Assembly (NCBI GenBank): GCA_030645735.1
Contig: JAUSNP010000005.1
Span: 8,151-72,150 of the forward strand
Direction: 5' to 3'
Length of the DNA stretch: 64,000 nt
Source of the DNA: Candidatus Moraniibacteriota bacterium
GTDB taxonomy: Bacteria > Patescibacteriota > Minisyncoccia > Moranbacterales > UBA2206
Position 1 is the stretch's first letter. Every line of letters begins with the position of its first letter. Below the pieces are notes generated by a model. It worked only from the letters and a program-made list of their open reading frames with translations, was not told the DNA's origin and did not search any database. Position numbers and translations under genes: made by a program. Below are positions 57,590 to 64,000 of the stretch, one piece after another.

Positions 57590-57624
57590 TGACGAGGTCC
57601 CCAGTTCGAATCTAGGCACGCCCA
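57560..57624 (+). pseudogene. 3' tRNA-Ile fragment with anticodon replaced by CCCGCCGCGGCGGG
   Basis: TGGTTAGAGCGCG + palindrome 57573-57586 + exact tRNA 3' half. Confidence 0.9.
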
Positions 57625-57798
57625 CATAGTTGAAAAATTGATCCGCAGGGATCTTTTTTTGTTGGTATTGACAGTTGGGGTCTAATAATATAAACTTATC
57701 TATAGAAAAGCCTCAGGGGCTTTTTAAAAAAGCTTTAAAAGACAAAATAGTGAATTTTGGCTTAAATAAGGCAAATTTATCCATAAAAATAGAAAAAT

Positions 57799-57987
57799 AT
57801 GGCAAATCAAATCGTGACTTTTTTGCAAGAAGCCAAGACGGAATTAACTAAGGTCAATTGGCCAAGTAAGAAGCAGGCTACTAACTATACAATTCTAGTC
57901 ATTGGAATTAGCATCGCCGGTGCGATTTTTTTGGGAAGTTTAGATTATTTTTTTGGTTATTTATTAAAAACATTTATTATAAAATAA
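57799..57987 (+). CDS. secE: Preprotein translocase SecE
   Basis: ELTKVNWP + single TM; upstream of nusG. Confidence 0.95.
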   Translation: MANQIVTFLQEAKTELTKVNWPSKKQATNYTILVIGISIAGAIFLGSLDYFFGYLLKTFIIK

Positions 57988-57988
57988 T

Positions 57989-58534
57989 ATGGCAAAACAA
58001 ACCCAACATCACGGGCGCGCCTGGTATGTAATCCACACTTATAGTGGATATGAAGACAATGTGGCTCGTAACTTGAAACAAAGAATCGAATCAATGGATA
58101 TGCAGGATTTGATTTTCGATGTCATGGTGCCGATTGAACGAAAAATCAAGATCAAGGCTGGCAAAAGAACAGTTGTCGAAGAAAAGATCTATCCGGGATA
58201 TGTATTGGTGGAAATGATGGTGACGGATGCTTCATGGTATGTAGTGCGAAACACTCCAAACGTGACTGGATTCATCGGGCTTGGTACAACTCCAACTCCA
58301 GTTGATCCAGCTGAAATTGAAATGTTGAAGAAAAGAATGGGTGTGTCTGAACCAAAATACAAGATTGATGTCCAAGTTGGTGATTCCATCAAAGTTGTGG
58401 ACGGACCATTCAAGGATTTTGATGCGAAAGTTGATGAAGTCGATGAAGCCAAAGGAAGAGTCAAAGTTTTGGTTTCAATCTTCGGACGAGAAACGCCAGT
58501 TGAATTGGATTTTCTACAAATTCATAAATTATAA
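57989..58534 (+). CDS. nusG: Transcription factor NusG
   Basis: WYVIHTYSGYE, YPGYVLV, FGRETPVEL. Confidence 0.98.
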   Translation: MAKQTQHHGRAWYVIHTYSGYEDNVARNLKQRIESMDMQDLIFDVMVPIERKIKIKAGKRTVVEEKIYPGYVLVEMMVTDASWYVVRNTPNVTGFIGLGTTPTPVDPAEIEMLKKRMGVSEPKYKIDVQVGDSIKVVDGPFKDFDAKVDEVDEAKGRVKVLVSIFGRETPVELDFLQIHKL

Positions 58535-58617
58535 ATCATATAACGCAAAACGCATAACGTGAAACGCATAACTCTTTAATGATTTACGTTCCACGTTCCA
58601 CGTTCCACGAAAATATT
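58535..58617. repeat. Bipartite 7-mer array (AACG/CGTT family)
   Basis: taacgcaaaacgcataacgtgaaacgcataac...acgttccacgttccacgttccacg. Confidence 0.88.
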
Positions 58618-59043
58618 ATGGCTAAGAAAATTAAAACCGTTATCAAGTTACAAATCGGAGCTGGCAAAGCTAATCCAGCGCCTCCAGTTGGTCCAGCTTT
58701 GGGTCAACATGGTTTGAACATTCAAGAATTTTGTACAAAATTCAATGAAGCAACCAAGGGACAAATGGGAGACATTATCCCAGCTGAAATCACCGTGTAT
58801 GAAGATCGAACTTTTTCATTTGTTTTGAAAACTTCTCCAGCCTCTGACCTTTTGCGCAAGGCAGCTGGTGTAGAAAAAGGAGCTGGCAATCCATTGAAGG
58901 ACAAGGTTGGAAAAATTACTGAAGCTCAATTGCGAGAAATCGCTGAAAAGAAATTGGTTGATTTGAATGCAAATGACGTTGAAGCTGGCATGAAGATCAT
59001 TGCTGGAACAGCGAGATCAATGGGGATAAAGATTGAAGGATAA
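58618..59043 (+). CDS. rplK: 50S ribosomal protein L11
   Basis: [22 protein letters not shown]; start at ATG 58618. Confidence 0.98.
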   Translation: MAKKIKTVIKLQIGAGKANPAPPVGPALGQHGLNIQEFCTKFNEATKGQMGDIIPAEITVYEDRTFSFVLKTSPASDLLRKAAGVEKGAGNPLKDKVGKITEAQLREIAEKKLVDLNANDVEAGMKIIAGTARSMGIKIEG

Positions 59044-59091
59044 TCCTGAAGTCAAAAGTTCATAAAGTTTTTAAAGTTTAATTTTTAAATT

Positions 59092-59124
59092 GTGGGAGTT
59101 CATAATATCGAACGTTTGGACCAC
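59092..59124 (+). promoter_or_regulatory. Probable L1-binding autoregulatory RNA element
   Basis: GTGGGAG-GTTC...GAAC-GACCAC-type motif directly before rplA start. Confidence 0.6.
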
Positions 59125-59133
59125 GACAAAAAT

Positions 59134-59805
59134 ATGTTTAGAGGAAAAAAGTACAAGGCAGTTGCAGAAAAAATCGATAAGAACAAAGTGTATTCTATCG
59201 AAGAGGCTGTGAAAATGATGAAGGAAAATAAGATTGCCAAATTTGACGAATCAGTGGAGGTTCACATCAAAACCAATGTTGATCCAAAGAAAGGTGACCA
59301 ACAAATTCGTGGAACAGTGTCTCTTCCGCACGGAACTGGCAAAACTAAACGAGTGGCAGTTATCACTTCAACTAGCGCTGAAGAGGCCAAAGCAGCTGGA
59401 GCTGACATTGTCGGTGGCGAAGAAATGATTGAAAAATTTGCTAAAAAAATTGACTTCGATATTTTGGTAGCTACTCCAGAAATGATGCCAAAATTGGCCA
59501 AGGCGGCTCGAGTTTTGGGGCCAAAGGGCTTGATGCCAAACCCAAAGACTGAGACCGTTACAACGAAAATTAAAGAGGCTGTAGAAGCTTTGAAGAAAGG
59601 CCGTTCAGCTTTCAAGAATGATGATTCAGCCAATGTTCATCAAGCAGTGGGAAAGCTTTCTTTTGAAGATGCGAAGCTTGTAGAAAACATCAAATTCTTT
59701 GTAGATGCTATCAGCAAAGCTAAGCCAGCTGCTTTCAAGGGCAAACTCATCACCAACATCACCGTTTGCTCGACTATGGGCAATGGAATTAAAATTAGTC
59801 TATAG
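59134..59805 (+). CDS. rplA: 50S ribosomal protein L1
   Basis: KFDESVE, LPHGTGK, LGPKGLMPNPK, STMG. Confidence 0.98.
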   Translation: MFRGKKYKAVAEKIDKNKVYSIEEAVKMMKENKIAKFDESVEVHIKTNVDPKKGDQQIRGTVSLPHGTGKTKRVAVITSTSAEEAKAAGADIVGGEEMIEKFAKKIDFDILVATPEMMPKLAKAARVLGPKGLMPNPKTETVTTKIKEAVEALKKGRSAFKNDDSANVHQAVGKLSFEDAKLVENIKFFVDAISKAKPAAFKGKLITNITVCSTMGNGIKISL

Positions 59806-59841
59806 ATTCACGTTAACATTTGAACATGTTAGCATATTAAC

Positions 59842-59872
59842 AAAAAACACTGGCTTTGGTCAGTGTTTTTTT
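59842..59872. terminator. Terminator hairpin within an 8-mer-like array (59806..59915)
   Basis: AAAAAACACTG-GCTTTGGT-CAGTGTTTTTT. Confidence 0.75.
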
Positions 59873-59983
59873 GTGTTTTGTTAAAATGTTAATATGTTAA
59901 AGTGCTAAATTGTTTATAATGTTGACTGTGTGGTATTTTTCTGCTAGAATTATTTGGTGGTTAATAAAGTAAAATTTCTGAAG

Positions 59984-60556
59984 ATGGGACAAAAAAGAAA
60001 GATTATTATTGGCTTGATAGGTGAGAGTGGCTCAGGCAAGGATACGGTCGCTAACTATTTGAAAGACAAATATGGGGTCAAATTGATGCGTTTTGCGGAT
60101 CCGATTAAAGAGGTCTTGCATATTTTTTTCGATCAAATTTCAAGAGAAGATCAGCAATGGTTAGCGCTTGAAATGAGAAAAAGATTTGGGGCTGATATTT
60201 TCCCAAGAGCCATAAAAAGAAGAATCGAAAATGAAGAAGGCGTTGTTGTAATCAACGGCCTGCGATTTTGGGAGGATTATGATTTTATTAAGAATGTAGA
60301 ACACGGATTCACTATATATATAACAGCAGATCAAAAATTGCGCTGGGAGAGGTCAGCCAAGAGAGGTGAAAAATCTGATGACGATGTTTCTTTTGAAGAA
60401 TTTAAAGAAACAGAAGAAAGATATGAAACCGAAAAGCATATCCCAGAAATTGGAGCCAAAGCAGATTTCACAATTCGCAATGAAAAGGACTTGGATTATC
60501 TGTTGTCCGAAACAGATCGGATAATGGGTGAGATAACACAAAAATCGATGCAATAA
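59984..60556 (+). CDS. P-loop NMP kinase / dephospho-CoA kinase-like
   Basis: GESGSGKDT, RFADPIK, NGLR. Confidence 0.8.
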   Translation: MGQKRKIIIGLIGESGSGKDTVANYLKDKYGVKLMRFADPIKEVLHIFFDQISREDQQWLALEMRKRFGADIFPRAIKRRIENEEGVVVINGLRFWEDYDFIKNVEHGFTIYITADQKLRWERSAKRGEKSDDDVSFEEFKETEERYETEKHIPEIGAKADFTIRNEKDLDYLLSETDRIMGEITQKSMQ

Positions 60557-60644
60557 ATTAAGAGTCCCGTCAAAGCGGGACTTTTTTTGACCAAAAAGGT
60601 GAAAAAGAGTAAAATTAAGAAACTCAGAACCTAAAGTAACTAGC

Positions 60645-61193
60645 ATGAAAAAACAGAAAATCATCGCAGTTTTGGGGCTTCCGGGGTCAGGCAAATCGGT
60701 TGTGATTAACTATCTGATCAAGAAATATAATTGGCCAAAGATTTATTTCGGTGAGGTGACCTTCGATGAAATGCGCCGATTGAATTTGGAAATCAATGAG
60801 AAAAATGAAAGGCGAGTGCGGGAAAGTTTGCGCAAAGAATTTGGTGAATTGGTCTATGCCAAAAGAGTGGCTGAAAAAATTGCAAAATTAAATCATGAAG
60901 AGGTGATTTTGTTGGAAAGCCTATATTCTTGGCATGAATATCTATTTTTGAAAAAGAAATTTGGCGAAAAATTCAAAACCATCGCTGTCTATGCGTCACC
61001 GGAAAAAAGATATAGCCGACTCGAAAATAGAAAGACCCGCCCATTGAATTTGAAGGAGGCACAAAGTCGCGACTATTCGCAAATTGAGAATCTACAACAA
61101 GCCGGACCGATTGCAATGGCGGATTATTTGCTGGTAAATGAATCAACTAAAAAGGAACTATATCTTAAAATAAACAAAATTAATTTACAATAA
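60645..61193 (+). CDS. P-loop kinase (UPF0200-like)
   Basis: GLPGSGKS, RY.RL..R, RD..QI, IAMADY..VN. Confidence 0.8.
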   Translation: MKKQKIIAVLGLPGSGKSVVINYLIKKYNWPKIYFGEVTFDEMRRLNLEINEKNERRVRESLRKEFGELVYAKRVAEKIAKLNHEEVILLESLYSWHEYLFLKKKFGEKFKTIAVYASPEKRYSRLENRKTRPLNLKEAQSRDYSQIENLQQAGPIAMADYLLVNESTKKELYLKINKINLQ

Positions 61194-61197
61194 AAAT

Positions 61198-62175
61198 ATG
61201 ACAAGTACGGAAGTTAAAAATAAAGTAGTGGGAGGCATTGATTATCTTCCATTTAGCGAGAGAGTTCCTGATTTGCAATATCAAGAATTACTTAAAAAAA
61301 TTAAAAAAATAGGAAAAGATAAAGTGCCTATTCATGCTAGGCTCAATGAGAATGCTAATTCAGGGCATCAAAACTCAAAAGAAATAACAGGTGCTATGTT
61401 GCAATTTGATATGAATAACGGTTTCCCTGTTTTGACTGAACGTGATTTGAGCAAATCATTTTATGGAGCGATAGGTGAGCTTGTTGCATTTTTGAATGGA
61501 CAAAGCACATTAAGTGGCCTGAAAGAGTATGGCTGCCCAGAAGTTTTTTGGAGAGATTGGGTTACAAAGGAAAAATGTGCCATATTTGGTTTACCTGAGG
61601 GTGATTTGGGTGATGGATCTTATGGGGCTTCTCTAGGGCATTTTCAATCCGCAAAGGGGGAATTTGATCAAGTCAGTGCTGTTCAAAGGCAAATGGAAAA
61701 AGCGCCATTCCTGAGAACCCATGTTCTAACTACGTGGAATCCGCCCCTATCAATGGGAGATGAAGAACAGGGATTTAAGCGTAAAGTTGTTGTTGCTCCT
61801 TGTCATGGCAATTTCATTCATTTTGTAATTTTTGATGAACAAAAAGAACTGGAAATGACACACACACAACGATCAGCTGATGTCCCAGTCGGTCTGCAGT
61901 TTAACTTGATTGAATGGTCCGCTCTTGGTTTGATGGTAGCACACTTATTGGGTTATAAATTTACTAAATATACTCACTTCTTATCTAATCCGCATTATTA
62001 TGATGTTCAAGCTGAATCTGTGGATAAAATTTTGGCTATTGAGCCCAAGCCTTTTCCAACTGTAACATTGAAACTGAATAGGGAAGTGACAAGACTTCAA
62101 GACTTCCGCAAAGAGGATTTTGTGCTTGAAGATTATGACCCAAGTCCTTGGTTCAAAATTCCAACACCGGTATAG
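61198..62175 (+). CDS. thyA: Thymidylate synthase
   Basis: GFPVLTER, APCH, QRSADV..G..FN, H.Y. Confidence 0.9.
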   Translation: MTSTEVKNKVVGGIDYLPFSERVPDLQYQELLKKIKKIGKDKVPIHARLNENANSGHQNSKEITGAMLQFDMNNGFPVLTERDLSKSFYGAIGELVAFLNGQSTLSGLKEYGCPEVFWRDWVTKEKCAIFGLPEGDLGDGSYGASLGHFQSAKGEFDQVSAVQRQMEKAPFLRTHVLTTWNPPLSMGDEEQGFKRKVVVAPCHGNFIHFVIFDEQKELEMTHTQRSADVPVGLQFNLIEWSALGLMVAHLLGYKFTKYTHFLSNPHYYDVQAESVDKILAIEPKPFPTVTLKLNREVTRLQDFRKEDFVLEDYDPSPWFKIPTPV

Positions 62176-62201
62176 ATCAAATAATTTACAATATTAGTGA
62201 T

Positions 62202-62642
62202 ATGAATAAAAGCGGATTAGATTTAAAAAATGCTCGTAAAGAGGAACAAATTGCAGTTATGAAAAAAATTATTTCTGATGGGGTGTGTCCTTTTTGTCAT
62301 GATTTTGTTGATAAGGAAAAACCAGCATATCATTCAAATCCTGTTTTGATAGAAACTGATTTTTGGATAGTGACGAGAAACGCTTGGCCGTATGAACACA
62401 CCAGAGAACATTTGGTTATTGTGATTAAGCGCCATATCTTGACGCCTGAAGAAATGAGAGATGAGGAGATTTTGGATTTGTGGAATATTATTAAAAAAGT
62501 TAAGCAAGAACTTGAAATAACGCACAGTACTTTTTTGATGCGTTCGGACAGTACTGGTAAAACAGGTGCAACCGTGCAACATTTGCACGCTCAGCTGGTT
62601 GTTGCTAGTGGCGATGAGCCAGTTATCACAAGGATTGGCTAA
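62202..62642 (+). CDS. HIT family hydrolase
   Basis: CPFC, NAWPY, GATVQHLHAQ. Confidence 0.88.
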   Translation: MNKSGLDLKNARKEEQIAVMKKIISDGVCPFCHDFVDKEKPAYHSNPVLIETDFWIVTRNAWPYEHTREHLVIVIKRHILTPEEMRDEEILDLWNIIKKVKQELEITHSTFLMRSDSTGKTGATVQHLHAQLVVASGDEPVITRIG

Positions 62643-62651
62643 GAGTGCAAT

Positions 62652-62688
62652 AAAAAAGACCATTGAATAAATCGATGGTCTTTTTTTG
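62652..62688. terminator. Bidirectional terminator between convergent genes
   Basis: AAAAAAGACCAT...ATGGTCTTTTTTT. Confidence 0.85.
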
Positions 62689-62696
62689 TAGAATTG

Positions 62697-63542
62697 CTAT
62701 TGCACTAAAATAATTTCAATTCCAGCATTCTTGAGGATATTTTCAGCATCAGAAAGTGAATAACCATTTTCATAGTAAACCTTTTTAATACCTGCTTCTG
62801 CCACTAGCTTGGCGCAAGTTGGACAGGGGAAGGTTGTGACGTATAAATTGGTATCGTTCAAACTAATTCCGTTCTTGGCAGCTTTTCCAATCAAAGACGC
62901 TTCTGCATGAATAGAGTTTGAAAGATGATGATGTTCGCCAGCATCAAAACACATTCGCAAGTCACCATAAACAGCCATATTTTCTTGAGTGGGAACATGG
63001 CGATTGAATGCTGAAAGTATTATCGAACCATTTGTGTCTGTGACTAGGGCCCCAATTTGTCTCCACCAATTGGCGCTTTTTTCTTTCAATTCGTTGGCTT
63101 TTTTCATAAGTTCCTCATGCGCTTTTTCATACGTAATTATTCTATCACTAGGAACTTCCAGCTCTTGAGTTGACACAGGCTTATTCCATCTCAAAAAGAC
63201 ATTTTCAAATTCAACTTTTGTATTGGGCAGGAATTCTTCTGCGAACCAGCGAGATACGTCTTCATCAGGCATAACAATGGAAAGATGTTCCTCTTCCAAG
63301 TTTTTCAAATTTGCCAACGTTAACAAATCAACATTTTTTACAATGCCTGATTTTTTGATAAAATCATAAACAGTTTTTTGATCAATTGATCGCAGGTCTC
63401 TCCTTAAATTTTCAAATCTATCCCATTTTTCCAGGATTGTATTGTCTAGAATATAAAGATGATCCGGATATTTTTTGAATAATTCTAAGTATTTGATATG
63501 GATGACTGGGACTAGGGCAATCAGAGTTTTTCTCTCAGACAT
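62697..63542 (-). CDS. dCMP deaminase family protein with N-terminal extra domain
   Basis: HAEA...TTFPCPTCAK in the C-terminal half. Confidence 0.9.
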   Translation of the reverse strand: MSERKTLIALVPVIHIKYLELFKKYPDHLYILDNTILEKWDRFENLRRDLRSIDQKTVYDFIKKSGIVKNVDLLTLANLKNLEEEHLSIVMPDEDVSRWFAEEFLPNTKVEFENVFLRWNKPVSTQELEVPSDRIITYEKAHEELMKKANELKEKSANWWRQIGALVTDTNGSIILSAFNRHVPTQENMAVYGDLRMCFDAGEHHHLSNSIHAEASLIGKAAKNGISLNDTNLYVTTFPCPTCAKLVAEAGIKKVYYENGYSLSDAENILKNAGIEIILVQ

Positions 63543-63543
63543 A

Positions 63544-64000
63544 TTATTTTTTAGTATATAAAAATTTTTCTATGACTTTTTGCAATTCTTGTGCAAGATC
63601 CTCAGCCCCCTTGATAGTTAGGAGTCTTATGCGCGCAGAAGTTGAAGTTGTTGATTGTGGTTCTAGGTTGATGATTTCTTTGCAGAACTCATTATGTTCT
63701 TCTCGTATCATATCAATAAACTTTTTCCCCTGAGCATTTGATTCGGTGGTTTCTGACACAACTAGAACGTCTGGTCGAATATCCCTAATCAGTTTTCCAT
63801 GATCTGTTTTTGATTCTTTCATAACAATCAGATCAACATGTCGCAGATGAGAAATCATCTTCACTCTTTCATCTTCTGGAACAATCGGGCGGGTCGGGCC
63901 TTTGCGATGCTTCACTACTTCATCAGTATCGACAGCTACAATCAAAACATCGCCAAGTTCTTTGGCTTTCTGAAGGTATTTAGCGTGTCCCTCATGAATC
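63544..64000 (-). CDS. Cytidylyltransferase-family protein (5' end beyond window)
   Basis: IHEGHAKYL (HxGH) at window edge, KGPTRPI, STS.RI. Confidence 0.88.
   Translation of the reverse strand, partial: IHEGHAKYLQKAKELGDVLIVAVDTDEVVKHRKGPTRPIVPEDERVKMISHLRHVDLIVMKESKTDHGKLIRDIRPDVLVVSETTESNAQGKKFIDMIREEHNEFCKEIINLEPQSTTSTSARIRLLTIKGAEDLAQELQKVIEKFLYTKK

Noticed and set aside
35292-58617. Short repeat arrays as CRISPR
   Set aside because: Units are 7-10 bp in tandem with no unique spacers, and there are no cas genes.
26-64000. Recoded TGA (code 25)
   Set aside because: Conserved genes are uninterrupted under code 11, and TGA ends genes at 5086 and 44386.

Overview
AT-rich bacterial chromosome segment, most likely Patescibacteria/CPR (Parcubacteria-like). 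The evidence is that rpmD/L30 is missing between rpsE and rplO, most starts lack a Shine-Dalgarno site, and the standard code reads through. Layout: fusA, then a ~21 kb array of accessory genes all on the + strand (LemA/TPM, Bro-N, RecQ, DinD, PurC-PurE fusion, type III R-M, RhuM-Fic, two tspO alleles). This is followed by tuf, the S10-spc operon to secY-adk-map, sugar/glycolysis genes, and a hybrid hydrogenase locus (NuoE/NuoF-like, degenerate [FeFe]-HydA-like, hypCDE, truncated inverted hypF, group 3b-like [NiFe] small/large subunits, Cys-free hypA). The end holds gap, murD, tRNA-Ala/tRNA-Ile, secE-nusG-rplKA and a thymidylate/nucleotide cluster. The most unusual signals are: (1) a GIY-YIG gene embedded in tRNA-Ile copies whose anticodon is replaced at the same junction by a CCCGCC-NN-GGCGGG palindrome; (2) several short-repeat families (7-mer arrays, GTAG REPs, GTCATTCC hairpins), seven tracts of which lie in-frame in hypF and one in hypE; (3) a repeated DnaA-box + promoter + palindromic operator module before DNA-damage-type genes; (4) a promoter- and terminator-bounded ~180-nt structured RNA candidate inside the hydrogenase locus; (5) gene insertions that leave displaced 3'-end duplicates of the upstream gene. 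All calls come from reading the sequence; no searches were run.
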